Origin: a virus
Taxonomy: Duplodnaviria > Heunggongvirae > Uroviricota > Caudoviricetes
DNA: 21,542 nt
Direction: 5' to 3' (one strand)
Virus record (IMG/VR): IMGVR_UViG_2563366943_000015
The notes below the pieces were generated by a model, which was given only the letters and a program-made list of their open reading frames with translations, searched no databases and was not told where the DNA came from. The translations under genes and the position numbers were made by a program. Below are positions 1-8,243 of the stretch, piece by piece. Positions within the stretch are counted from its first letter, which is position 1; each line of letters begins with the position of its first letter.

Positions 1-315
1 ATGCATAACGATCAACATAATTATGATTTATGCCTGCAAGCCATAAATGAGCGGGTAAAATCAGAGTGCCTCTTACTCCTCCCACAAGAACACGATGCAG
101 TAAAATCCATTCAGGCTGAGCCGTATGGACATCTCACACCTGTGACTCTCGGCATTATCGCCAGAGCATTAACACAGCCCATGCTTATGCGTATTAAGAC
201 CAATATAAATAACTGGTTGAATGAAGAATTAAGCTACCTTGATTGTGAGTGGGACAATCATTACGCAAAAACACAAAAAGAACGCATCTTCAGTCGATTA
301 TCCAGCAACAGATAA
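1..315 (+). CDS. Hypothetical protein, 104 aa, convergent with the lysis-region genes
   Basis: ORF begins with ATG at window position 1 and ends in a stop at 313..315; no family recognised; opposite strand to every neighbouring late gene. Upstream RBS cannot be seen. Confidence 0.4.
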   Translation: MHNDQHNYDLCLQAINERVKSECLLLLPQEHDAVKSIQAEPYGHLTPVTLGIIARALTQPMLMRIKTNINNWLNEELSYLDCEWDNHYAKTQKERIFSRLSSNR

Positions 316-324
316 CGAGCCACC

Positions 325-1131
325 TTATATACGCCCTTTCAGATAAGTCATCCCCGGCTGCATCCAGTCAACAGGTGCTTTCTTAAAGGGCGTATTATCA
401 AAATCACGCAGAAGAGCCTCCAGCACAACTGCATCATTGTCAGCACCACTGGCCATCATTTCAATCTCAGCTGCTACCTGCAGATATCCCATGCAACGAC
501 CAATGCGCTTCATCAGCCCCTGCTTTTTATTGTTCTTCAGGTAATCAATGGCAAATTCAATGAGCGCCTCACTATGCTGGTGCGATGGCGGTGTTAATTT
601 CCCATTTTCTGAGATGGTTATTTTCCCGCCATCTCCGTATACAACAAAGGATGGCCGGTTACACTCCCATTCCTGATCTTTATCAGGTGCAGACGCAATA
701 AAATAACGTTTATTTCCTTCCTCTCCGGCACTTTTAACCGTAATGGAGTACTCAGACTGCAGACAAGACGCCTCTTTTTCTGACCGCAGTGTTGACGGCG
801 GCATCTTCAGAGAACCAGTAATTCTTCCCGGTAGCTTTCCTTTGTAGGTTATCAACACATTCTGCGCCTCTAAAATTACGGGGCGCTTTTCCGGCAACGG
901 ACCATCCCCTTCACATAACCCGGCAGCAACATCCATGAAAAACTGCTTCGCCTGCTTTTTCGCCTCAGCTTCGTAAAACTCCAGCGTGGCACCTTCAGTA
1001 CGGTCAAGACTAATCGCCACATTTGGCAACAACAGTGACGGATACCCACCAATTTCCAGTACCACAGTAACAGTAATCTTATCCGGGTAATTATTTATCC
1101 CTTTAACAACCAGTTCGTATTTTTTCTTCAT
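325..1131 (-). CDS. Hypothetical protein, 268 aa, in the position normally held by the endolysin
   Basis: ATG at 1131..1129 preceded on the minus strand by GGGGAGAG about 7 nt upstream, lying in the 3' end of the holin gene (4-bp gap to the holin stop). No hydrophobic N-terminal SAR segment and no lysozyme or amidase motif that I recognise. Confidence 0.6.
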   Translation of the reverse strand: MKKKYELVVKGINNYPDKITVTVVLEIGGYPSLLLPNVAISLDRTEGATLEFYEAEAKKQAKQFFMDVAAGLCEGDGPLPEKRPVILEAQNVLITYKGKLPGRITGSLKMPPSTLRSEKEASCLQSEYSITVKSAGEEGNKRYFIASAPDKDQEWECNRPSFVVYGDGGKITISENGKLTPPSHQHSEALIEFAIDYLKNNKKQGLMKRIGRCMGYLQVAAEIEMMASGADNDAVVLEALLRDFDNTPFKKAPVDWMQPGMTYLKGRI

Positions 1132-1135
1132 CGCT

Positions 1136-1351
1136 TTACTCTCCCCGCGCCGCCTTACGCCGGTCCTCTCTGATTTTGAAATACAGGTTAGTCAGGTACG
1201 TCAGCAGCCCAAACAGCAGACTCCCCAGCACGCCTATTGCCGCCCACTGAGACGGGGAAACCCTGTCCAGCAACTGCAGGAACCAGTAGCCCGTTCCCAC
1301 CGCTGACGTGGTGTATGACACACCTGTTGTGATTTTTTCCATCTGGTACAT
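1136..1351 (-). CDS. Class II pinholin, phage 21 S21-like, 71 aa
   Basis: Translation [71 protein letters not shown] closely matches the S21 pinholin as I remember it (two TM segments, dual Met start M1/M4, basic C-terminus). Confidence 0.8.
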   Translation of the reverse strand: MYQMEKITTGVSYTTSAVGTGYWFLQLLDRVSPSQWAAIGVLGSLLFGLLTYLTNLYFKIREDRRKAARGE

Positions 1352-1426
1352 ACCCCGTCTCCCGCAATCCGGAAGCTCACAACAACAAGTGGGGCATCAG
1401 CTCACACCGACACCCCCTGCGCATGG

Positions 1427-1696
1427 TTACATCATCATTTCGCCGTCAGGCTGAGGCTCTTCACTACCGTCAGGCTGAGACCCGACGCCATCTGAAACAG
1501 TACTGTCATCCGCAATGCCTTCCGGCTCCGGAACCGCTGGTACGCCCAGCAGCTCATCCAGAATGGCATCCACTTCTGCATCAAGACGCGCCTCAAGGTT
1601 CTGGCGGAGTTTCTGTTTCAGTGCACTCCGGACTTCTTCAGAGCGCAGGACTTCCTTCACTGCCTCAGCAGTGACCAGGGATGTGATTTCTGACAT
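1427..1696 (-). CDS. Hypothetical acidic protein, about 89 aa, upstream of the holin
   Basis: Internal ATG at 1696..1694 of the 147-aa track ORF (MSEITSLVTAEAVKEV...); acidic C-terminus; weak RBS. The start is not secure. Confidence 0.35.
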   Translation of the reverse strand: MSEITSLVTAEAVKEVLRSEEVRSALKQKLRQNLEARLDAEVDAILDELLGVPAVPEPEGIADDSTVSDGVGSQPDGSEEPQPDGEMMM

Positions 1697-1733
1697 GGGA
1701 TTTTCTCGTTGAAAGGTGTTGTCAAGAAAGTGA

Positions 1734-1916
1734 CTACGGAATGAGCGGATCTTCGGGTTTGCTTCCGGCTGACTGACTGGCGCTGATTCTCTCAGCGGCC
1801 CTTTTATCAATCTGCCTGCGCCAGAAATCGCGCACTGCCCTGTACCCACCCGAAAGAAGATACATAACACAGACTGCCATACAGAAGTACAGCATCACCT
1901 GATGAATAAATGTCAT
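1734..1916 (-). CDS. Small membrane protein, 60 aa (possibly the DUF1378/YbcW-like protein often found next to lambdoid holins)
   Basis: ATG at 1916..1914; one hydrophobic helix (LYFCMAVCVMYLL) then a basic tail; family assignment is positional only. Confidence 0.35.
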   Translation of the reverse strand: MTFIHQVMLYFCMAVCVMYLLSGGYRAVRDFWRRQIDKRAAERISASQSAGSKPEDPLIP

Positions 1917-2050
1917 AATTTCTTACCGTTATGGTTGACAATGAGAACTGTTTTCATTTAAAAACCGATATACGAAAGCATCTTTTCTTTAGATTCTCCA
2001 TTGGAATTACCTCCGCCAGCGGCAGGAATGGACGCTGGCGGCTTTTTTTA

Positions 2051-4021
2051 TCATGCCGCGATGTCCGCGTTGTTCACTTCCACCTTCACACTGTCAATCA
2101 GCAGCGTATATGTCGCCGCCTTTGATATGCCTGTCAGTTGCAGTTTGTCCGCCGCCCCTGATGCCGGAGATTTCACCAGTGTGAACGGCGTCCCCCGTTT
2201 CTCATCCAGTACCGGCGTCACCTGAATGCTGTTGTTTCCGGCAAACTCAAAAGCCAGTGTGTGCCATCCGTTATCAAAGACCCCGAACGTATCCAGCTTC
2301 GCATTCGGCTTCTTGTGGTGCATCGCGTTCAGGTTCGTCGCATCCGTCTGCAGGAAGAAGGACATCAGCATGTCGTTGCCTTCCTCTGCCAGCGTCACTC
2401 CCTCCGGCAGGGACGACAACTGCCAGTAAATGCCCAGGGCAAACTGATTCGGCACCAGTGAACCCGGCAACTTAAACCGTACGCTCACACGTCCCCCCTT
2501 CTTCAGTAACTCCACTCCCTGTCCGGCTGCATCATGCTCCAGAAACCAGATGTGGTTTTCCGGTTTATTCAGTTGCAGGGCCTTACCTCCCGTAGCCCCC
2601 GCATCACTGACCACCGCTTCAGCAATGTTTTTGTTAACATTGTCTCCGCTCGCCGGTTTGTGATAATAGCGCCAGCCCTGTGATGCCAGGTCTTCGCCGG
2701 ACGCCAGCAGACTCATCAGGGTTCGGTTACTGACCGGGGCTTCCGGCTCTCTCTCCGTACCTTCACCGGAAGGTCCGGTGGGCTTCACCGTATCAGGCTG
2801 TTTTCCGGTAATGAATTCAGCGTTTCTCCCGGCATGCACAAGAATCGCCGTTGCCAGACGGTCGGAAATAATCCCACGACGTGCCCATGATCCAAAATGC
2901 GTTTTACGGTCGGCCGTCGTCCAGGTTTTGGCGTCCGTTCGACCACCGGCTCCGTAATACCCAATATCCGCAACATCCGGATCTTCTGACGGCTCGTTGG
3001 TACCCACATTTCGCCCGTTTTCATCCGTCATAAACGGCACAAAGAAGATTTTTTTTGCGGATTTCGTCTTGTATGCACCATACACCGCATCGTATTGCGA
3101 AGAATAAGTCTGCTTCCAGTAGTAGGTCGTGTCGCCACAAATCCAGGGAACCGATGACGGAGAGCCCCCGAGACACTGACCTCCGAATTCCGACAGGTCA
3201 GAACGATATTTTTCCACCATGGAATCAAACAGCCCCGGCTGAGTGGCGTATGCACCCTGTTTCAAATCAAACTCGCCCTGCATCCAGACCACTGCAAGCA
3301 GAATATTTTTAGGGTTGGCCTTCAGTGCGGCCTGAGTACGGGCAAGCAGGTCCTTGTACAGTGGCTTATCTACACCCCAGCGTGCCGAGGTCTCGCTTGC
3401 GCCGGTGGATTCGCTGAAGGTACCTTCATCGCCCGCCAAAAATGCAGAACCACCACGGCAGCAAGGAACCAGAAGAATACCGGCATTCGCCGGAATAAAC
3501 GGCAACAATTTCTTCGCGATATGTAATCCCTGCCCCACGCATCCATACTGAGCTGCGCTGGCTTTCGGGTGTGAAAACTTACTCAAATCCTGAACATCAT
3601 GCAGGCAGTGGTCCGCAGGAATAATGTCATTGTAGTTACAGGACGCACCACCCGGCGTGACAGTGCTGCGACGCGCCAGCTGTTTAATACGCGGGTCCGG
3701 ACGGTCATATGTCTCCGGCAGCGGAAGCCCTTCACCATACGCCATACCGTTTGACTGCCCGGCCAGGGCAACAACAAAGTAATACTCCGGGTTGCTGGTG
3801 GTGCTGATAACTGCGCCTTCTCCATCCGACGGCTTCACCACCACAGGTGTGGTGACATTACCTTCTGCGACAATCGCCTGAATAAGTGCTGCGCCATCAT
3901 CCGTATACGAAGAAAACGGCCCGCCGTATGGTTGCCATCCTTCACGAATTTTTTGAGCAAGCGCATCCGCAAGGTCTGACGGCGATGCCGCCCTGACCAC
4001 GTCATAGTGTTTAAATGCCAT
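2051..4021 (-). CDS. Prophage NanS-p-like 9-O-acetyl sialic acid esterase (DUF1737 N-terminus plus DUF303/SGNH-type esterase), 656 aa
   Basis: GQSN block (FVVALAGQSNGMAYGE) typical of the sialate O-acetylesterase family; size and position downstream of Q as in Stx-phage nanS-p; RBS GGGAGG 4 nt before the ATG at 4021. Confidence 0.75.
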   Translation of the reverse strand: MAFKHYDVVRAASPSDLADALAQKIREGWQPYGGPFSSYTDDGAALIQAIVAEGNVTTPVVVKPSDGEGAVISTTSNPEYYFVVALAGQSNGMAYGEGLPLPETYDRPDPRIKQLARRSTVTPGGASCNYNDIIPADHCLHDVQDLSKFSHPKASAAQYGCVGQGLHIAKKLLPFIPANAGILLVPCCRGGSAFLAGDEGTFSESTGASETSARWGVDKPLYKDLLARTQAALKANPKNILLAVVWMQGEFDLKQGAYATQPGLFDSMVEKYRSDLSEFGGQCLGGSPSSVPWICGDTTYYWKQTYSSQYDAVYGAYKTKSAKKIFFVPFMTDENGRNVGTNEPSEDPDVADIGYYGAGGRTDAKTWTTADRKTHFGSWARRGIISDRLATAILVHAGRNAEFITGKQPDTVKPTGPSGEGTEREPEAPVSNRTLMSLLASGEDLASQGWRYYHKPASGDNVNKNIAEAVVSDAGATGGKALQLNKPENHIWFLEHDAAGQGVELLKKGGRVSVRFKLPGSLVPNQFALGIYWQLSSLPEGVTLAEEGNDMLMSFFLQTDATNLNAMHHKKPNAKLDTFGVFDNGWHTLAFEFAGNNSIQVTPVLDEKRGTPFTLVKSPASGAADKLQLTGISKAATYTLLIDSVKVEVNNADIAA

Positions 4022-4204
4022 GAATCCTCCCGGCCGGGATAATATTGTGAGTAAAATAAGGAGCGGGCTGAAGTCCGGAAGTTACAGGACAATGGCAGAA
4101 GAGAGACGACAGCCCGCAATTCGAAAAAGACCGCGCAGTTGCGCAGCCTTATGAATTCTGGTTAAAATCCATTCGATTATAAAAATGTATATCTCATGCT
4201 GTTT

Positions 4205-4228
4205 CCCGAACCCACTCGGGCTTTTTTT
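4205..4228 (+). terminator. Hairpin plus T7 run, plus-strand intrinsic terminator-like
   Basis: cccga-acccac-tcggg followed by ttttttt. No obvious plus-strand gene upstream. Confidence 0.3.
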
Positions 4229-4582
4229 GCCCACAAGAAAGCCCCTCCGGAGAGGGGCTAAAGCCGCGTATCTGTATCATCATGCACATGGTGCCGGGTG
4301 CCTCCCGGTAAGTTCAGCCCGGTGCCACTAAACCCGCGTCATTCTCGTTTTGATAATCAGAGATTATACCGTCACCAGTCGCCCCTCCGCTCAGGGGGAT
4401 TCACCATGCCAGTTTCTTTTAACAAACTCCCCGCAAACCAGACAACAGTCAACCGCCTGAATTGTGAGGTATTTAAAAATTTCTCCAGATAACTGATACC
4501 CGGCTAACAGTCTGGCGTTTTCTTTTTCAGCAACGGGAAAGCAACAACCACCACACCCACCAGCCGCCAATTTACCACAAAT

Positions 4583-4605
4583 AAAAAAGCCTTCAGGACT
4601 GAAGG
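4583..4605 (-). terminator. Intrinsic terminator just after the small ORF
   Basis: Minus strand: ccttc-agtcct-gaagg then CTTTTTTAT; the ORF stop (4595..4593) lies within the stem. Confidence 0.45.
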
Positions 4606-4790
4606 TGTCTGTAACAACCAAACTGATAGTCTGCCAGACCCGCCATAACAAGCTGGGTCAGTATTAACTGGCAGCGTTCGCGTGAAAGGTAAGTATTCTG
4701 TGCAATCTCCCCGACTGTCGCCGGTTCGGTGACGCTTAACTCATTAAACACCACTCTGGCGGTTTCGGTCATATCCTGCTGTTTTAGCAT
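4593..4790 (-). CDS. Small hypothetical protein, about 65 aa (MLKQQDMTETARVVFNELSV...)
   Basis: The longest track ORF (to 4913) starts with GTG inside the upstream terminator, so the internal ATG at 4790 is the more likely start; followed by its own terminator. May not be a real gene. Confidence 0.3.
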   Translation of the reverse strand: MLKQQDMTETARVVFNELSVTEPATVGEIAQNTYLSRERCQLILTQLVMAGLADYQFGCYRHLQS

Positions 4791-4913
4791 GTCTTTTTCC
4801 CTTTTTCGGTTAACGTGACACACCAATAACTCTTGTAGAAAAAGCCAGCAAGCTGAAAGAACGGTATTAATAACCACCAGCGAATTTATTGCGCTACTGT
4901 ATATCGCGGACAC

Positions 4914-4934
4914 AAAAAAACCACCTTCCGGTGG
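4914..4934 (-). terminator. tR-prime-like intrinsic terminator downstream of the Q-like gene
   Basis: Minus strand: ccacc-ggaa-ggtgg followed by TTTTTTT (plus-strand A run 4914..4920). Confidence 0.55.
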
Positions 4935-4936
4935 CT

Positions 4937-5014
4937 TCCTTGTGCGAAAAAAACTTGCGTTTCGCCTCGCGATACAGCTTTGCGAAGCTTATACGGATTG
5001 AAGCAGTTTATTGA
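4937..5014 (-). promoter_or_regulatory. Candidate late promoter / Q-utilisation region (pR-prime-like)
   Basis: Lies between the Q-like stop and the terminator; minus strand has TTGCAA and TTGATC -35-like hexamers and TTCAAT/TATAAG -10-like hexamers. Exact elements not resolved. Confidence 0.3.
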
Positions 5015-5566
5015 TCAGTTTGCAACATTTTTCTCTGTAACAAAAGCCATGCGCATGGGGGCATATAACATAAATTCAGATACCCCCAACCATTGATCAA
5101 TTCGGCGCCTGCACGTAACCAACGACCAATCAGGATGATCTGCATTTAACCTTTCGGCCATTTTCAGTTTGCTCATTCCCCGTCCTTCGTACCTTTGCCG
5201 GAGAACATTGATTAGCCCGGGATATTCCCCAAGCACCTCACTGATAACGCGATCAATAATCAACGCCTCTGTGTCTGTACAATGTGACAACCAGCTCTTC
5301 TGCTTTCCTCTTGTCATATCCCGAAAAAATGCCTCAAGTTCCGGTTTTTCCAGCCCGGATTTCTTCATTCTGCGTAAAACCTCATTAACTGCTGTTTTCG
5401 TCAGCTTTTTCGAAACCAGTAACCGGTTAAACATATTTCCCGTCTTACCGCCGCCAATATACGACCAGCGCCCCCACATGCGCAGTTTTCCCTGAATCCA
5501 GACACTTTCCAGCGTGGTGAGACGAAGGTGTTCCCCGCTTTTGCCTGTATTTGTTGGGTAAATCAT
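5015..5566 (-). CDS. Putative late antiterminator Q-like protein, 183 aa
   Basis: ATG at 5566..5564 with RBS AGGAAGG; sits immediately upstream of a promoter-plus-terminator unit and the late genes, as Q does. Call is mainly positional; the sequence match to Q families is from memory only. Confidence 0.5.
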   Translation of the reverse strand: MIYPTNTGKSGEHLRLTTLESVWIQGKLRMWGRWSYIGGGKTGNMFNRLLVSKKLTKTAVNEVLRRMKKSGLEKPELEAFFRDMTRGKQKSWLSHCTDTEALIIDRVISEVLGEYPGLINVLRQRYEGRGMSKLKMAERLNADHPDWSLVTCRRRIDQWLGVSEFMLYAPMRMAFVTEKNVAN

Positions 5567-5853
5567 AAATAACCTTCCTTTCTCCAGATTTCTTGTGTGC
5601 GAAAAACACCTTCTGCATGCATCAGGCGTAATTCTTCTTTGGTGTAATCGCTGGTTTTTACCCGCCCGTCGATTAAATCGTGGCATGAGCTGCAGGCAAT
5701 CGCTGCCTGCATATCGTGTGGTTTTGTCGCTGTTCCGCACGTCCCCGCCAGCCTGTAATGCGCCAGCACAGAAGTTTCGGGATTGTGATTGCAGTAGCCA
5801 GAAATTCTGACGGTGCACATCTGCCCCCGCGCCGCTTTACGTAAATCCACCAT
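5563..5853 (-). CDS. Cys-rich small phage protein, 96 aa (DUF1364-like), coupled to Q
   Basis: Eight Cys/His in CTVRISGYCNHNP...CGTATKPHD...CSSCHD; its stop overlaps the Q start (ATGA) and its start overlaps the upstream stop (TAATG). Confidence 0.55.
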   Translation of the reverse strand: MVDLRKAARGQMCTVRISGYCNHNPETSVLAHYRLAGTCGTATKPHDMQAAIACSSCHDLIDGRVKTSDYTKEELRLMHAEGVFRTQEIWRKEGYL

Positions 5854-6452
5854 TACGCAAACTCCAGTAACTGTACGGCCACATTTTCGACTTCCTCCGG
5901 AGAGGAAAATTTACGGAACAGGATCCAGTTCCACAGCACATTCAGTACAGATTTATAAACCTGCTGAAACTCGGTTTCGTCCATGTTCGCAAATGCGATA
6001 GATTTTGCCCTGCGCCCACGACTACCATCAGGATAAATATGCTCGGTGTAAAATCCGGCCTGAATGGTTACCCACTCGCGGAAAGCCTCAAACGACTTTA
6101 GCAATGCCGTATCCCGGGTTCTGCGTGTCGCAACTGTATTCAGATATTGCTCTGCGGCTTCGCTCAGAGCTGGCGTATGTTCCCGACCTACTGATTCGCA
6201 CAGGTACTCAACGAAACCTGATACCAGTTCTCGTTCTCGAGGCGTGATCACCCCACCGCTTGGAGTCCAGTAATCGAATCCCAGTTGCAGGAGTTTAAAA
6301 AAACGCTTGTGAAATGCGTAGTTACGCACACGCTTAAAGTCTGCGTGTATCCACTCACCTATTTTGATTTGATGCAAAAAATCGCAACTCTCCGGCGTCG
6401 CCGGGAGAAGTAATCCGGAAGAGGTTTGTTTGACCAGTTGTATATGCGCCAT
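5853..6452 (-). CDS. Conserved lambdoid-prophage protein, 199 aa (YdfU/DUF1367-like by position)
   Basis: ATG at 6452 with RBS GGAGA 6 nt upstream; translationally coupled to the next gene. Confidence 0.55.
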   Translation of the reverse strand: MAHIQLVKQTSSGLLLPATPESCDFLHQIKIGEWIHADFKRVRNYAFHKRFFKLLQLGFDYWTPSGGVITPRERELVSGFVEYLCESVGREHTPALSEAAEQYLNTVATRRTRDTALLKSFEAFREWVTIQAGFYTEHIYPDGSRGRRAKSIAFANMDETEFQQVYKSVLNVLWNWILFRKFSSPEEVENVAVQLLEFA

Positions 6453-6523
6453 CGTAGTTCTCCGCTGGCGCAGTAGAATGGGTGTTCAGCCCATTATGTA
6501 GTATAACAGAATTAATGCCAATA

Positions 6524-6775
6524 CTAACAGGATGCTCTGACTCGCAATTCATCCGGCAGTTTATCATTTCCCATAATGTCACTTACCCTCATCGGTAAAA
6601 AAATTGCCTTTCGACCATTACGATACATCATTGATTTTGGGATTTCAGGGAAGTAATCCATTTCGACTATAACTGACAGGTCATCACGACGTATGACTGC
6701 GTATTTGCTACTAAATAGTTTCTTTATTTTTTCCACGATGCCTCCAGGTTTATAAGTACAAAAGGTTATATCCAC
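6524..6775 (-). CDS. Hypothetical protein, 83 aa (position equivalent to rem in Qin-type prophages)
   Basis: ORF starts with GTG and has no in-frame ATG upstream; identity not verifiable. Confidence 0.25.
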   Translation of the reverse strand: MDITFCTYKPGGIVEKIKKLFSSKYAVIRRDDLSVIVEMDYFPEIPKSMMYRNGRKAIFLPMRVSDIMGNDKLPDELRVRASC

Positions 6776-6921
6776 ATAGAGACAAAAATATTAATCTGAA
6801 AAATATTTATTTCACGCCGTATATTTGATTATTTAATGTGCAGGTACAATGACTTTTATTTTGTGTTGTGTATATAATCAAATATATGGTTATTTTTCAC
6901 CCTGCGTATTCAGAACGCAAC

Positions 6922-6944
6922 AAAAAACCCGCCGAAGCGGGTTT
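6922..6944 (-). terminator. Intrinsic terminator of the hok transcript
   Basis: Minus strand: aaacccgc-ttcg-gcgggttt followed by a T run; 70-90 nt downstream of the hok stop. Confidence 0.6.
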
Positions 6945-6982
6945 AGTGCGGGTGCGTTGAGGATGCCTGACACATGAGAGGT

Positions 6983-7004
6983 GGCGAGGGATTTCTCCCT
7001 CGCC
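6983..7004 (-). promoter_or_regulatory. Perfect 9-bp stem-loop immediately 3' of hok (hok mRNA 3'-end structure)
   Basis: ggcgaggga-tttc-tccctcgcc, 8 nt downstream of the hok stop codon. Confidence 0.5.
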
Positions 7005-7011
7005 TGGTCTC

Positions 7012-7167
7012 TTACTCCTCAGGTTCGTAAGCTGTGAAGACAGCGACCTCCGTTTGGCCGGTTCGGATTCGTACCTCGCAGAGGTCTTTCCTCGTTACCA
7101 GTGCCGTCACTATGACGGTTAAACAGATGACGATCAGGGCGATTAGCATCGCCTTTTGCTGCTTCAT
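7012..7167 (-). CDS. hok: Hok-family type I toxin (HokD/RelF-like), 51 aa
   Basis: MKQQKAMLIALIVICLTVIVTALVTRKDLCEVRIRTGQTEVAVFTAYEPEE matches Hok/Gef family from memory; RBS AAGGAG 9 nt upstream; an in-frame upstream ATG at 7224 gives a 19-codon mok-like extension. Confidence 0.85.
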   Translation of the reverse strand: MKQQKAMLIALIVICLTVIVTALVTRKDLCEVRIRTGQTEVAVFTAYEPEE

Positions 7168-7727
7168 AGCCTGCTTCTCCTTGCCTTTCGGCACGTAAGA
7201 GGCTAACCTACGTGTGTAGAGCATAGATATGGCCTCAGATTAATGTTAAGCGTCTTGCCGGACGCGTAATGTTAACTGGGGCTTTTCTCTATCTGCCTTT
7301 TGGTGTTCATGCCTGAGACAGATAGCCTCAAGCACCCGCAGTTATTCTACTTAACTAAGATTTCCCCGCAAACCGTTTTTGTCCGGCACAGTAAATATCC
7401 AACTAAACCAATGGCGTTCGCTGTATTTACCGCCAGTATTCAATGCACATGACCGCCATGAACACCCCTAAAAAAAGGGCATTTATATGTCCAAACATTA
7501 ATATCAAAACATCAATTTTTTCCATATACCTTGCTGTGAAGATGATGGGCATACATGATGCGAACAACCAGAACGCAACAAACAAAAACTGCAATGCGTT
7601 TTTCATTATTCCCCCCTACAATCAATGTGCAATAACATTTAAACACACCTCAATTTGGCCGGACATATAAATATCTAAACCAGAAAAAATCACTTACATA
7701 GCGTTACAAACTCTTTAGTCTAAATAT

Positions 7728-8243
7728 TCATCGTAAAACATCCTCCACGCTTATCAGTCCATTTCGTTTCAGGTAATCCATCGCCTTCTCCGGTAATTTG
7801 CAGTCCGACTGAGCTTTTTTCAGTTGACTGACCAGTCGTTTAACCCACATTGTTAATTCGCTAACCTGATTGCCGGATGCTGGTGGATTGTCGGCTTTAC
7901 CCAGAATGGCAGCGCAGCAGGCCTCTCTGAGCACCCAGTCAACAGCATCCTTCCATGCTCCTGTTTCGACTGGCGGATTCTCACGCTTTACCTGTTCATA
8001 AAAGCGCACGGCTTTAACCAGTCCTTCTGATGTCACCGGGACTGGCGGGCCGATGAATAAGGCCTGAATTTCATAGTTCGGCCTGTCGTTACAATCCTCT
8101 TTTGTCGGTACATATTTCCAGTCACCAGCCCACGGCTTCCCCTGAAAGTCTGTAACGTCTTTTTTCACGTAGCGATATCGCCATGCAACTGGTTTTGCCT
8201 GCCCTGCCGTTTCATGCCCTTCCTGATAATTAATCTCGCTCAT
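7728..8243 (-). CDS. Hypothetical phage protein, 171 aa
   Basis: ATG at 8243 overlaps the upstream stop (GAATGA); last gene of the coupled nin-like chain. Confidence 0.55.
   Translation of the reverse strand: MSEINYQEGHETAGQAKPVAWRYRYVKKDVTDFQGKPWAGDWKYVPTKEDCNDRPNYEIQALFIGPPVPVTSEGLVKAVRFYEQVKRENPPVETGAWKDAVDWVLREACCAAILGKADNPPASGNQVSELTMWVKRLVSQLKKAQSDCKLPEKAMDYLKRNGLISVEDVLR

Noticed and set aside
1931-2475. Plus-strand ORFs of 64-74 aa antisense to the NanS-like gene and the small membrane-protein gene
   Set aside because: Overlap a long, motif-supported minus-strand gene; Pro/Ser/Ala-rich translations typical of antisense frames.
2785-4119. Minus-strand ORFs in alternative frames within the NanS-like gene (2785..3024, 3028..3255, 3583..3825, 3835..4119) and plus-strand ORFs (3055..3312, 3354..3551)
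   Set aside because: Out of frame with or antisense to the 656-aa esterase gene, which carries the recognisable GQSN motif.
4298-4492. 64-aa plus-strand ORF in the Q-to-nanS interval
   Set aside because: No RBS, runs across terminator-like hairpins, opposite to the late transcription direction.
4022-5014. Possible tRNA genes or stxAB downstream of Q, as in Shiga-toxin phages
   Set aside because: No tRNA-like conserved blocks (such as GGTTCGAATCC or its complement) and no ORF of StxA size or signal-peptide type were seen on either strand.
5169-5810. Plus-strand ORFs (5169..5495, 5595..5810) opposite the Q-like and Cys-rich genes
   Set aside because: Antisense to a coupled three-gene minus-strand chain; no start context.
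6355-6582. 75-aa minus-strand ORF overlapping the start of the 199-aa gene
   Set aside because: Overlaps the RBS and 5' end of a better-supported gene in another frame.
7443-7670. 75-aa plus-strand ORF in the region upstream of hok
   Set aside because: No RBS, AT-rich low-complexity translation; the region is more plausibly the hok promoter/leader.
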